Part shown: positions 49,692-63,594 of the stretch, one piece after another | Numbering within the stretch: position 1 is the first letter of the stretch | How the letters are laid out: every line of letters starts with the position of its first letter | Assembly: GCF_963921235.1 (NCBI RefSeq) | Contig: NC_086129.1 | Coordinates: 31,868,001-31,932,000, forward strand | Source: Mobula hypostoma | Lineage: Eukaryota | Direction: 5' to 3' | DNA length: 64,000 nucleotides | Program-made: the position numbers and the translations under genes | Notes under the pieces: generated by a model | Told to the model about the DNA's origin: nothing | The model's input: only the letters and a program-made list of their open reading frames with translations | Database searches by the model: none

Positions 49692-50510
49692 TGAACATAA
49701 GAAATAGGAGCAGGAGATGGTTATCTGGCCCATTGAGCCTGCTCCGCCATTCAATCAGATCATAACTGCTCTGGCCATAAACTCATCTCTACCTACCCGC
49801 CTTTTCTGCATACCCCTTAATTCCCCTACTATGCAAAAATCTATCCAACCTTGTCTTAAATATATTTACTGCGTTAGCCTCTACTACATCATTGGGCAGA
49901 GAATTCCACAGATTCACCATGTTTTGGGAAAAGCAGTTCCTCCTCATCTCCGTCCTAAATTTAGTCCCCCGAATCTTGAGGCTATGTTCCCTAGCTCTAG
50001 TTTCACCTACCAGTAGAAACAACTTTCCTGCCTCTAACTTATCTATCCCTTTCATAATTTCATACATTTCTATAAGATCTCCTCTCATTCTTCTGAATTC
50101 CAGCGAGTACCATACCAGGCAACTCAATCTCTGCTCATAGTCTAACGCCTTCATCTCCGGAATCAACCCGGTAAACCTCCTCTGCACCGCCTCCAAAGCC
50201 AGTGTATCCTTCCTCAAGTAAGGAAACCAGAACTGCACACAGTACTCCAGGTGCGGCCTCACCAGTACCCTGTATAGTTGCAGCATAACCTCCCTGCCCT
50301 TAAATTCAATCCTCTAGCAATGAAAACCAACTTTCCATTTGCCTTCTTGATAGCCTGCTGCACCTGTAAACCAACCCTCTGCGATTCATGCACAGGCACT
50401 CCCAAGTCCCTCTGCACAGCAGCATGTTGCAATCTTTTATTTAAATAATAATCTGATCTTCCATTTTGACTTCTAAAGTGGATGACTTCTCATTTACCAA
50501 TATTGTACTA
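49692..50510 (-). mobile_element. CR1 3' region
   Basis: MLQLYRVLVRPHLEYCVQFW...RRMRGDLIEMY (ORF 49789..50286). Confidence 0.9.
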
Positions 50511-51439
50511 ATACAATGCTCCTATTTGTATTGGGTAATTTTATTTACTCTTTATTGATAAATAGTAAGATTGGAATGCTACCATCTACTGGTTCATCTC
50601 CAAGTCACACACCATCCTGGAAGTATATAGTCAGACCTTTATTATCACTACATCTAACTAGTGGAACTCGCTAGCTAACAACACTGTGTGAATACCCTCT
50701 AAGAAGAACTGCTGTGGCTCATCACCTTCTCCAGGACAGCTTGGAAAGGGCAATAAATGCAGACTTAAATAAAGCATTTGGCAATTCATGAAATAATATA
50801 AAAATGGCTAACCATATGGAATTGGAAGATTTGCAAAATTGGAATCAGGATCTACATTATGAGGGCATAAGAAATAATATGACTAGCAACGTGGAAAATT
50901 CTAAGAAATTTTTCAAACTTTGGAAAATAAAAGGAAGACATTTTATGGGAAATGTTTAGATTGGGTGGCTTTAATCTGTAGTTTAATCCATGAGTAAATT
51001 AGGCCAAAGGATGGAACTCTTCAGTATTGCCTGTGGAGACATAAATGTTTTTCATTAATTCACATGATGTAGGAGCCCCTGACACTTGTTGACCTTTGTA
51101 AAAGAAAAGGGAATGATTTTGAACTTATTTTACTTGCTGAAGTTAGAGCATTATATGCAGAGGAAATTCAGTAATGGAAAATTGCAACATGGATTCTCCA
51201 GAAGGCTATCAGGATGTGGAGTTACTCATTAAGAGGATTAAAAGAAAATGGGTTTTATTTAGTTCTGCTGCAGAGGTCAAAAGTTGTCTAACAGGATTTA
51301 TGGGCAATATGACTAATGAGAAATTACTACAATCTCTCACGAAGTTTTTGAAATGAAAATAATTTGAAGCAAACTTCGGAAAAAAACTATGATTCTCAGG
51401 TTGATGTTAGAATAGTTTATGTTATCTTTGAGAAATAAT

Positions 51440-54400
51440 TAGCTGTTTGAAGAAGTGAAGCCTTAAAATACAGGTCGGCTGGTGAGAACAGTGGGAAGAG
51501 TTTTAAAGCGGGCAGAGTTGAAAAGGTGACGGTTATTTCTTCAGCAGTTTGAAGGGGCACGACTGCGCAAGTGCACGGAGGTCAGCCAGTGAGAACAGAG
51601 GGAAGAGTTTGAATAGAAGACAGCTTTACAGAGCGGCTGATAGAGTAGAGGGAGACAGAGAAGGAAGGCTATGGCTCCATGGGGCTTCAGCGATAAAGGG
51701 TCGAGGCGAGGTGGGTTATCTGATTAGAATACAGACAGAAAGAATGTGTGTGAGGCCAGTTTTCTGTGCTCGGTGTCAGTTGTGGGAGGTCCTGAAGACT
51801 CCCAGCCTCCCGGACGGCCACATCTGCAGCAGGTGCGTCGAGCTGCAGCTCTTTAGGGACTGCCTCAGGGAACTGGAGATGCAGCTTGATGACCTTCGTC
51901 TGGTCAGGGAGAGTGAGGAAGTGATAGAGAGGAGCTATAGGCTGGTAGTCACTTCGGGAACTGGGGAGACAGATAAGTAGATAACAGTCAGGAGAGGGAA
52001 GGACAAGAAGCAGGTGCTAGAGAGTACCCCTGTGGCTGTTCCCCTTAACAATAAGTACTCCTGCTTGAGTACTGTTAGGGGAGACGGCCTACCTGGGGGA
52101 AGCAACAGTGGTCGTGCCTCTGGCACAGAGTCGGGCCCTGTGGCTCAGAAGGTTAGGAAAAGGAAGAGGATAGCAGCAGTGATAGGGGACTCTATAGTTA
52201 AGGAGTCAGAGATGCGATTCTGTGGGCGCAGGAAAGAAACGTGGATGGTAGTTTGCCTCCCAGGTGCCAGGGTCCAGGATGTTTCTAATCGCGTCCACGA
52301 TATTTTGAAGTGGGAAGGAGAACAGCCAGAGGTTGTGGAACATATTGGTACCAACGATATAGGTAGGAAAAGGGAGGAAAACAAAGCACAGGGAGTTAGG
52401 AAGGAAGATGAGAAGCAGGACCTTACAGGTAGTAATCTTGGGATTACTGCTTGTGCCACAGGACAGTGAGTATAGGAATAGAATGAGGTGGAGGATGAAT
52501 GCGTGGCTGAGGGATTGGAGCACAGGGCAGGGATTCAGATTTCTGGATCATTGAGAACTCTTTTGGGGCAGGAATTGTCTTTACTCGATCGGACCCGATG
52601 CAATAACAATTGTACAACAAATACACTGACATACGTAATTTTTTTCAAACCTTTATTCTCTACTCATAGCATGCTATGGGGGAAGTTACAGACTGATCTC
52701 CCAAAGGAGCCAGTCCGGAGACTGCCCCCGAATTACACGGTTCTCCACAATTTATAACATTGATCATGTAGCAGGAAATCTTACGATTACAAGTTTAGAT
52801 AATGTTAGAATCATTTCAGTCACATGCTAAGATACAATTAGATGTAAAATAGTCATTGGTCAGTTAGTTATAATTATTTTAAGCCAAAGCTATCCCATCA
52901 GTTCCTCATTCGGACCCTTCCCCTTTTCTCCAGAACATTCTAGCCCCTACACTATACTCCCCATATTTAGCTATATCTTGAGCTGCTTCTGCAAGATCAG
53001 ATAGTTCCTTATTTGAGTCTTTGCCTGTCTTTAGAGAACAATGACTAGTATGTCACCGGTTGCAGAGTGAAACTTCTTTTTGACTGTCCAAACTTGTCCA
53101 AAGCGGTAAGCTAAGGTGCTTGCAATGTGATTGATTATAAGTTAATCATTGTCCACTGTTTTTCCCCCTATTTACCTATCCCTTCATTCCATCAGAATGA
53201 CCTGTAGAAAAAGGACTTGAATCCCAGGGGGACCAATATCCTGGCGGGGATGTTTGCTCAGGCTATTGGGGAGAGTTTAAACTGGAATTGCTGGGGGGCG
53301 GGAACAAAACTGAAGTGACAGAGGAAAAGGGAGGTTGGCTCACAAATAGAGAAAGCTTGGAGACAGGGCGAAAGGGAGCATAGGCAGGTGATAGAGAAGG
53401 GAGGCGCTCAGACCGATGGTTTGAGATGTGTCTATTTTAATGCAAGGAGTATTATGAACAAAGTGGACGAGCATAGAGTGTGGATCAGCACTTGGAGCTA
53501 TAATGTTGTGGCCATTACAGAGAATTGGATGGTGCAGGGGCAGGAATGGCTACTTCAAGTGCCTGGCTTTAGGTGTTTCAGAACGGGCAGGGAAGGAGGG
53601 AAGAGGTGGGGGCATGGCACTGTTGCTCAGGGATAGTGTCACAGCTGCAGAAAAGGAGGAGGTCATGGAGGGGTTGTCTACTGAGTCTCTGTGGGTGGAA
53701 GTTAGGAACAGGAAGGGGTCAATAACTCTACTGGATGTTTTTTATAGAACACCCAATAGTAACAGGGACATCGAAGAGCAGATAGGGAGGCAGATTCTGG
53801 AAAGGAGTAATAATAACAGGGTTGTTGTGGTGGGAGATTTTAATTTCCCAAATATTGATTGGCATCTCCATAGAGTGAGGGGTTTAGATGGAGTGGAGTT
53901 TGTTAGGTGTGTTCAGGAAGGTTTCTTGACACAATATGTAGATAAGCCTACAAGAGGAAAGGCTCTACTTGATCTGCTACTGGGAAATGAACCTGGTCAG
54001 GGTCAGGTCTCTCAGTGGGAGAGCATTTTGGAGATAATGATCACAATTCTATCTCCTTTACCATAGCATTGGAGAGGGATAGCAAAAGACAAGTTTGGGA
54101 AACGCTTAATTGGAGTAAGGGGAAATATGAAGCCATCAGGCAGGAACTTGGAAGCATAAATTGGAAACAGATGTTCTCAGGGAAACGTACGGAAGAAATG
54201 CGGCAAATGTTCAGGAGATATTTGCGTGGGGTTCTGCGTAGGTATGTTCCAATGAGACAGGGAAAGGATGGTAGGGTACAGGAATCGTGGTGTACAAAGG
54301 CTGTTGTAAATCTAGTCAAGAAGAAAAGAAGAGCTTACGAAAGGTTCAAAAAACTAGGTAATGATAGAGATCTAGAAGACTATAAGGCTAGCAGGAAGGA

Positions 54401-56280
54401 GCATAAGAATGAAATTAGGAGAGCCAGAAGTGGCCACGAGAAGACCTTGGCGGACAGGATTAAGGAAAGCCCCAAGGTATTCTACAAGTATGTGAAGAGC
54501 AAGAGGATAGGATGTGAGAGAATAGGACCAATCAAGTGTGATAGTGGAAAAGTGTGTATTCAACTGGAGGAGATAGCAGAGGTACTTAATGAATACTTTG
54601 CTTCATATTCACTACGGATAAGGATCTTGGTGATCGTAGAGATGACTTACAGCGGACTGAAAAGCTTGAGCATGTAGATATTAAGAAAGAAGATGTGCAG
54701 AAGCTTTTGGAAAGCATCAAGCTGGATAAGTCACTGGGACCAGACGGGATGTACTCCAGGCTACTGTGGGAAGCAAGGGAGGAGATTGCTGAGCCTCTGG
54801 CGATGATCTTTGCATCATCGATGGGGATGGGAGAGGTTCCAGAGGATTGGAGGGTTGCAGATGTTGTTCCTTTATTCAAGAAAGGGAGTAAGGATAGCCC
54901 AGGAAATTATAGACCAGTGAGGCTTACTTCAGTGGTTGGTAAGTTGATGGAGAAGATCATGAGATGCAGGATTTATGAACATTTGGAGAGGCATAATATG
55001 ATTAGGAATGGTCAGCATGGCTTTGTCAAAGGCAGTTCGTGCCTTACAAGCCTAATTGAATTTTGTGAGGATGTGACTAAACACAATGATGAAGGTAGAG
55101 CTGTTGACGTAGTGTATATGGATTTTAGCAAGGCATTTGGTAAAGTACCACATGCAAGGCTTATTGAGAAAGTAAGGAGGGATGGGATCCAAGGGGACAT
55201 TGCTTTGAGAATCCAGAACTGGCTTGCCCACAGAAGGCAAAGAGTGGTTGTAGATGGGTCATATTCTGCATGGAGGCCAGTGACCAGTGGTGTGCCTCAG
55301 GGATCTGTTCTGGGACCCCTACTCTTTGTTTGTGATTTTTATAAAGGACCTGCATGAGGAAGTGGTGGAATGGGTTAGTAAGTTTGTTGGTAACACAAAG
55401 GTTGGGGGTGTTGTGGATAGTGTGGAGGGCTGTCAGAGGTTACAGCGGGACATCTATAGGATGTAAAACTGGGCTGAAAAGTGACAGATGGAGTTCAACC
55501 CAGATAAGTGTGAGGTGGTTTATTTTGGTGGGTCAAATATGATGGCAGAATATAGCATTAATGGTAAGATTCTTGGCAGTGTGGAGGATCAGAGAGATCT
55601 TGGGGTCTGAGTCCATAGAACACTCAAAGCTGCCAAGCAGGTTGACTCTGTGGTTAAGAAGGCATACAGTGCATTGGCCTTCATCAATTGTAGGATTGAG
55701 TTTAAGAGCTGAGAGGTAATGTTGCAGCTATGTAGGACCCTGGTCAGACCGCACTTGGAGTATTGTGTTCAATTCTATTCGCCTCACTACAGGAAGGCTG
55801 CGGAAACCATAGAAAGGGTTCAGAGGAGATTTACAAGGATGTTGCCTGGATTGGGGAGCATGCCCTATAGATTGATGAACTTGGCCTTTTCTCCTTGGAG
55901 CGACGGAGGATGAGAGGTGACCTGATAGAGGTGTACAAGATAATGAGAGGCATTGATCGTATGGATAGTCAGAGGCTTTTCCCCGGGGCTGAAATGGCTT
56001 GCACAAGAGGGCATAGTTTTAAAGTGCTTGGAAGTAGATACAGAGGAGATGTCAGGGGTAAGTTTTTTATAGAGAGTGGTGAGTGCATGGAATGGGCTGC
56101 CATTGGCGGTGATGGAGGAAGAAACGATAGGGTCTTTTAAGAGACTCCTGGATGGATACGTGGAGCTTAAAAAAATAGAGGGCTATGGGTAAGCCTATGT
56201 ATTTCTAAGGTAAGGACATGGTTGGCACAGCTTTGTGGGCTGAAGGGCCGGTATTGTGCTGTAGGTTTTCTATGTTTCTG
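51440..56280 (+). mobile_element. Near full-length CR1 LINE: ORF1 (zinc finger plus SGNH esterase) and ORF2 (APE plus RT), disabled and interrupted by a solo LTR
   Basis: ORF1 C..C..W...HIC..C and IGDS...CLPGA...HIGTND. ORF2 VYFNARS, VAITENW, VVGDFNFPNIDW, DHNSISF, YMDFSKAFGKVPH. Tail gtgctgtaggttttctatgtttct. Confidence 0.92.
52576..53194 (-). mobile_element. Solo LTR (619 bp), probably ERV1-like or Gypsy
   Basis: TG...CA termini and a 4-bp TSD GAAT (52572..52575, 53195..53198). Minus-strand TATA-like TTATAAA (52751..52757) and AATAAA (52652..52657). Removing it restores CR1 ORF1 continuity. Confidence 0.82.
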
Positions 56281-59274
56281 CAGCAGAGTAGGAGCAGATT
56301 AGATGGAGGAACACCACAGACTTTTCTAAATAGTAATATTATTATTCTTGATATAGAAGAACATACTGAGTGTCACTCAGAATGTTATATCTATATGTGA
56401 AATTCAAGCTTAAGTTAACTAGATGACATTGGTGTATTTTTCCACTGTGCATAGAGAGTGATTTAAATTTATGTTCTCATAATGACTAATGTTTCATCAT
56501 CAGCGTGCTGAATTTTCTCCCCTTGCTCCTCTTGGGCCCCAGGTCCCCCATCACCCATGTATTTCCTGTTCTAAGCTCTAAGGGTGCAATGAGATCACCA
56601 AAAATCCTCATGACGGAGGAAACATTTTCCTCCCTCTGCAATGCAGATTGAGTGCAGTTTACAGGATTTTGTAACCAAAGCGTGATGTGATCTGACCACT
56701 AGTTTTTGGGTTTCTCATCGTCACCTATGGTCTTTTCAAAATTAATATACAGCATTTTCTCAACTCAGGTATGGTGCTATCTCAGCATCTAAAATTTAAA
56801 TGCATTTAAATACATTTCATAAATTTGGGCCATAGACAAAGTGAATGCATACAGTCTTTAGTTGGACATTTTGGTTGGAGCGGTTTGGCTGGTAGGCCAG
56901 TTTCCATGATGTACTACTCTTTGCCATGGATTTCTTAAAGAAAGATATCCTGCTCTGTGTCTTGTATAAGCAGGACCAAGGTTAGAGGAAATTTATCTGA
57001 ATTACATCTACGGTGGTGTTAATCCATTAGAAACATTGTGCAGCCCATGAGAAGATATTTAGAACGTATGCTGGGAATATATATCTTTATATATAAAGAT
57101 GTCTAATAGATACAGCTTACTCAATTGTAGTGTTTCCATTTTATACTAATATTGCCATACACATCCCTACCAAAAGAGAATAGAAATTAATTTTAATAAA
57201 TGTTTTAAGCAAAATCAGAGGATATCCTGCATCTAAGTGGCCTTTCTCTGGTTTCCTGGACTGAATTTGAAACAGATTTCTTCTCCACTCTTTGGCAGGA
57301 TATTCCAAAATTTGGGTTTTCAAGGTTCTCTCTGAAAATTGTGTTGCTTTCTTGACTCCGGTTTATATCTTTCTGCTGTGAATTCCATACTGGATGAGTC
57401 CCCTGACACTACATTAGGATTTGGTGACAAGTTGTATTCTATGCCAAAGGGTTGTCCTTTCCATTTTGCATGGCTTGTCTTATAGTTTATTTGGGGGCTG
57501 GTAGACTGCTGGTCAGTGGCCACAACAGGTTTTAAGGCACGACTTAATGAAAAGGTAGAAATTTACATGCAGCAGCGACAGTAAATGACAACCAATATGA
57601 CAGACACACATGGACGGAATATTGACTAGGATTATCTTGGTCAGAAATGAAGACATTCCACCCATTTTTCACTGGAAGACAAGAAGAATATCTGCTCCAA
57701 TGATTATCATACTCAGGGAAGATAAGCTAAGTATTATTATCCTACATGTAACAAGGCCAAATTAAAATTGAAGAAAATTATGTAACAATTAAAAATGAAT
57801 CAAACAACTTACATATTTGATTACTCTTCTAAATTAACAAAATACACCTACAAAGTAACTGATTAATTTATCATCAGAGTAATCATCCTAACTTAGATTC
57901 AGGATAATGGACACTGAACGCCAGAAATGTTTTCCCCTTCATTGTTAATTACTGAAGCAAATGAAGTAGGCTTTTTAATCTTAATAGTAATGTATCCAGC
58001 CCCTTGATACAGTCTTTTCCGCTTAAAGAGTTTTGATGGGATAATAGGACAGTATTTGAAAAGATCTGGTGTTCTATACGTTAAATCGCCCTTGTGAAAG
58101 AACAGTAGAGATAAGAAGTCCATAGTACAATCGCAGCCTTCATATATTAAATCACATTTTGCTCCTGTTACAAGAAACCATAGAAAAAAACCTTGCAATA
58201 ACTGGAAAGGGTGGTAGCTTTGCATTTGCATTTCTGCTTGCTCTGGTTTGGAGCCACAGTTCTATGACTTTAAGAAGTGTGGTTAACTGCAGCAATTGTA
58301 AGTGAGAACAGTGTGTGGTATGCAGCTGGATATGCCTTTAGCATAGGCTTTGGTGACCGCAGTAGAAAATAGTACATCGCTATCAATTAATTGTCAAGCT
58401 GTCAATTGCTACGCTTCGGAGCCACAAGAGACTGCAGATGTTGGAATATGGAACAAAAATCAATCTGCTGGAGGAACTCACTGGGTCAAGCAACATCTGT
58501 GCAATGAAAGTTTGTCAAATTATCACATTTTTATTATTTTTATTTTGATTACAAATAGAGGTTAACAAAAGTTCACCAAGCCTGTAAATGTGAAGATTAG
58601 AGGAATGTCTGGCTTGAGATCTACAATCGTAGAAATTGATAGCATATAGTGTGCAAGTTATGTTTTTAATTAAGATAGCTTGGGAGGTAATATTCCATTC
58701 CAAAAATTCCTTTGTTTATCGCAACATGTCACCTATTATTACAGATCAGTAATATCTAAGAAATGCATCGTTACAAAAATCAGTTTATAATCAATCAAAC
58801 CATATTATTAAAAAATCTTTAATTAAACTGGGAAAGATAAGATGTTACAATGAAGATGTTATCTGTTCCAGTCTTTGCAAAGATTATTTTTGGTTGGTTC
58901 AGGTTATGGTCCAGTTCAAGTAGTCACAAATCTGATTGACTGTATGAAGGCTGCTGGTATTGTGCAATTTTTATTGTCGCTATTTGAAAACAAGGACAAT
59001 TTACTGTGTGCAATATCACAAATTTTCAAGTACATTTTTAATGGAAATGGTGAATTTATAGCGGTGGCTTTAGGAACTAAAAATTATTAGTGCATATATA
59101 ATTTCACAGTCCTCAAGCCGGTTATGTAAATAACTGAATTTGTTGAGATTGTTGAATTTTTGTCAACAATCATACTCTTTCCAAAACAGGAATGAGGACA
59201 CATAGGAAATAACTGATATTGGATCCTGTGCAGTGCCATTTTTGAAATGTGGATTGTGTATGCTTATAAATTGT

Positions 59275-59420
59275 AGGATGGCAGTGTAATGATTACCGTA
59301 GTGCTTTATACCTCCACCTTCAAGATTGGGGTTTAAGGAGTTTGCATGTTCTGCCTGTGACTGCATAGGTTTCCTCCAGCAGCTCTGGTTTCCTTCCACA
59401 TTCCAAAGATGTATGGCTTG
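59275..59420 (+). mobile_element. tRNA-derived SINE (old)
   Basis: ggagtttgcatgttct...ggtttccttccacattccaaagat core. Confidence 0.6.
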
Positions 59421-59756
59421 TGGTTACTAAGTTATGCTATGGCCATGCGATATTAGTCTTGGAAGGATGGCAACACCAGTGGGCTGCCCCCAGCACGTCT
59501 TATGACCCTGTTGGTCATTGATGCAAAAGATGCATTTCACTGTATGTTTCGATGCTTCAATGTTCATGTGACAAATAAATCTAATCTTTAATCTTTATCT
59601 CTTTAAATTGCTTGACTCCAATGAGTTTCACAAGGAAGTCATCTCCTAAACTGGCCCAGCTCCATTGTATGTGTCCTACCAAAAGCGCCCCTTAGAGAAA
59701 TTGTCCTATTTCATTAAATATATTTTCCCTTCCTTCCATCTCAAAAAAAATTGAGA

Positions 59757-59855
59757 TCTGATGAAGGTTCTTGGCCTGAAATATTGACTATACTCCTTTC
59801 CATAGATGTTGCCTGACCTGCTGAGTTCCTCCAACATTTTGTGTGTGTTGCTCAA
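59757..59855 (+). mobile_element. Penelope pseudo-LTR end fragment
   Basis: ctgatgaaggttcttggcctgaaa...gatgttgcctgacctgctgagttcctccaacattttgtgtgtgttgc. Confidence 0.75.
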
Positions 59856-60199
59856 AAATATTTCTGTTCATTAACCTGAATAATCATATATTAGGAATGT
59901 TGCCAAATGTGTCAACATATCAATCTGAACATATTAAACAGTTCCATCCCCAGCCTATACTGACTAAGATTTCTAATCATAACATCAAGGTCTAATGTTT
60001 TCTTAAATTTTAGTTCGTAATGTCCAATGTTTTTATTTGATGTTCACTCTTAAATCCTTGGTTTTTGAAATAATTTCTTAATTCTTACTTAATTTATTTC
60101 TGTTCTCTGATATTTTAATGCTCTATTTAAAGCTTTTGTAGTTCCTCCTACCCCAATTTATTACTTAATCTTCCAATTGAAAGTTCATTTTCTAAACAC

Positions 60200-60330
60200 A
60201 AGAGATTCTGCAGATGCTAGAAATCATGAGCAACACACGCAAAGTGCTGGAGGAACTCAACAGGTCAGGAAGCAAAAATAGAGCAAAATATACCGCTGAT
60301 GTATTGGCTCAAGATCTTTCATCAGACTAC
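60200..60330 (-). mobile_element. Penelope pseudo-LTR end fragment
   Basis: Inverse of the same terminus (tctgcagatgctagaaat...gtgctggaggaactc). Confidence 0.7.
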
Positions 60331-61262
60331 ATCAGACAGACTTTCTAACCCTTATCTGATAATATTTTATTGTTGTCTATCATTTCTAACATTAGATTTT
60401 GTGAAACCACTTTAAATAAATATAGTTGTGTGAACATGTGTTTTCCCCATCTCCCCTCCGTGGAATCCTGAAAGCACATACCACCAAGCTCAAGGACAGC
60501 TTCTATCCCACTATTGATCTATTGAATGGATCCTTATTTCAACAAGATGGATTCTTGACCTCATAATCTACCTCTTTATGATCTTGTACCTTATTGCCTA
60601 CCTGTGCTGCACTTTCTCTGTAATTGTAATACACTATTCTGCATTGTGTTACCTTGTCCTACCTTAATGCACTGTTGCAATAATTTCATCCGAGTGAATG
60701 TACGAAAGACCAATTTTTTACTGTATCTCAGTACATGAGACAATAATAAACCCATCAACAATTGATTATTGTGATCAATTCATAAATGGACATATTCACG
60801 TTTTAATATATTAATGTAATTATTGTCAATTAACTGACCAAAAGCACTTTCTATTTAAATTGGTAAACTACGCTGCTGATCTCATTATGAATGCATGATT
60901 TTGGATTATGTAGTAAAAAATATGACAGTATATGTATTATTTCTGCTGATAACTTAACGGTTCTTTATCTTTATCTGTTCGAGCCATTATGCACGTATTC
61001 CTCATGCTTAGCCTTAACAAAAAAGCCTTTTCATTTGCAGATTTGCAGATTTTATTTATTCGTTTCTTGAAGAAGTTAGTTGTTTTTAAATATTTCCCTT
61101 AGAGAAAATATCCATTTCATGTGCTTAATTTTGATTGTGTTCTTATTATCAGTATGGCCACATTGCCACTTTCAAACATCTACACTATTACGTTCTTAAC
61201 ACTTAAAAGAACACATTTTCTTTATGTGTGCTCATCATGATTCTTACCAATGTTGATTTATA

Positions 61263-61395
61263 CGAGGGGTGATTGATAAGTTCGTGGCCTAGGGCAGAAG
61301 GAGTCAATTTTAGAAAATCTAGCACAGTTATTTTTCCTACATTTACACACTTAGTCCAGCGGTTGTGGAGCATACGGATCCCTTTTTTAAAAAAG
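61263..61395 (-). mobile_element. Mariner 3' end (transposase C-terminus plus TIR)
   Basis: TA|CGAGGGGTGATTGATAAGTT terminal repeat. Minus-strand FFKKGIRMLHNRWTKCVNVG resembles the mariner transposase C-terminus. Confidence 0.75.
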
Positions 61396-62379
61396 TTAAA
61401 GTTTGCATTAAATGAATGCAGAATATCTTTCATATAAAGATTACTATAAACCGTACTATGAAACATTTCATTTGACCATTTAATCAATTGTCAATGTTTG
61501 GAAGATATAAATGAAATTTATAGCAGATATAAATGTACCCTGGTGCATTTGCAGTAAATCGACATCCTGAACTGAGTAACAATCACAAATTGAGCAAATC
61601 CTTTGTTACACAGGGACATGCTTTTGTCCATTTCTTCAAATTTTTGAGTGACACTCCAAATGCTTGGTGCTTTATGTGATGTAATGCATTGCTCAACATT
61701 TGTCCAAAAGCTGATGAATTTAGAGCACGTAAATTTCAGTAAATTCATCATAAGGCATAAGTTTAATAAATCATTAAAAGAAGCACAAAATTAAAGAGGT
61801 ACAATTGTCACTTGTACCCAGTGAAAGAAATAAATAACTTGTCCAAGAGTTGTGATCTAAACTTGAGCAAAAGTTGGGTTGTGGGCTATCTTTCTAACTG
61901 AGGTACTTTAGTTGTATTTTCTAAGAACCGAAAGGAGCCATTTCAGCCATTTTCTGCTAGATTGATAAAAGCATAGCACTGGCTCTGGAAAATAACCTTG
62001 TAGTGAGTAACAAACAACTCATTTTCAAATCAAAAACTTAAGTATCAATCAGAATCATTTATCAGTAATTATTTAAGTCAGATATCAGTGAGCTCAAAAC
62101 ACTTCAGGCAAGCACTTAAAAAGCCCTCATGGCATTCTCAGAATATTTCGCAGCATTTTACAATGGGTATTTTTCCCCATATATACTGTTACACTTATTC
62201 ACCATGGAAATAGGACAGATAATTAGCATTTAGCAAGATAGTCAACTAAAGAATGACTGCATTATCTGATTTTGCTCATGATGATTGAATGAGGAAACTT
62301 TGGCTACAACCATTGTAAAATACCTTTCTGTTAGCTCAGTGGTACCACATAATTTTCTGTGGTTATCACAACAGGAAGA

Positions 62380-62605
62380 TGTCATGTTGTGTAATCCACC
62401 CACCTGGCTTCTCCTGTCACCTCCTTTCCCTACCCCCGCATCTTTTTATTCTGGGATCTTCCCCTTCATTTTCAGTCCTGAAGAAGGGTCTCGGTCTGAA
62501 AGGTTGACTGTTTATTCATTTCTATAGGTGCTGAGTTCCTCCAGCATTTTGCGTGTGTTGCTTTGGATTTCCAGCATCTGCAGAATCTTTTGTATTTGTG
62601 ATCAT
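62380..62605 (+). mobile_element. Penelope pseudo-LTR
   Basis: agtcctgaagaagggtctcggtctgaaaggttgact...ccagcatctgcagaatc. Confidence 0.8.
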
Positions 62606-62614
62606 GTAATGCTT

Positions 62615-63490
62615 CCTGTACTTCAGCATCAGATTCAGGTTTCTTATCACTGACACGTGTAATTTTTGTGGCAGCAGTACAGTGCAAAGCTTTAAATTAC
62701 TATCAATTAAAAAAAAGTAAGAAAAAGGAAGTAATTAAGTAACGCTCATGGACTATTTAGAAATCTGAGTGGAAGGGGCAGAAGCTGTTCCTAATTCTTG
62801 GTTGTGGATCTTCAGGCTGTTTCCTCCATCCTGATGGTAGAAACAAGATGAGGACATGTCCCAAATGTTGAAGGTCCTTAATGATGGATTCAGCCTCTTG
62901 AGGTACTGCCTCTTGAAGGTCTCCACGATGGTGGGGGAGGTTCTGCCCGTGATATACCCCTCTTGCAATCCTGTGCATTGGTGTTTCTGTACCAAGCTGT
63001 GATACAACCAGTCAGAATGCTCTCCACTGTATATCTTTAGTAATTTGTAAAAGTCTTCAATGATATACAAAATCTATGAGGTAAAGCCATTGGTGTGCCT
63101 TGTCCATGATTGCCTGAATGTGCTGAGCCCAGGATAGATTCTTGGAGATGTTGACACCCAGGAACTTGTAGCTGCTCATCCTTCCCAGCACTGACCCCTC
63201 AATGAGGACTGGTGTGTGTTCTTCTAACTGACCCTTACTGAGGTCCACAATCAATTTTTTGGTCTTTCTGTTGTTGAGTGAGAAGTTGTTGTTCCAACAT
63301 CATTCAACCAGCTGATCTATTCAACCAGAGAGATCTCTTCTATACAATTTTTCATCATGAACTGAGATTCCACCCATAATGGTGGTGCCATCAGCAAATT
63401 TGTAGGTGGTACTTGAACTGTCCTTAGCCCCACAGTCATGAGTGTAGAGAGTAGAGCAGTGGGCTAAGCACACATCCATGAGGCAACAAA
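62615..63490 (-). mobile_element. Rex1/Babar LINE 3' fragments (decayed)
   Basis: KFADGTTI, FLGVNISKNLSWAQHI and other Rex1-like peptides on the minus strand. Confidence 0.72.
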
Positions 63491-63594
63491 GCAGCACACA
63501 CAGAATGACATTGAAGTATAAGCCATGGATATTTGGAGACTTTTTCAAAAATTCAGCAAGATGGAGAAAATGTGTCTCTGGGTAACGAAACATT

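Noticed and set aside
51174-51356. ORF with EGYQDV as a possible tyrosine-motif tail exon
   Set aside because: The nearby acceptor gives a stop in the required phase 1; no support without cDNA.
56500-56600. Collagen-like G-x-x periodicity on the minus strand (GNTWVMGDLGPKRSKGEK)
   Set aside because: Only six triplets with two Gly lost and no splice context; probably chance.
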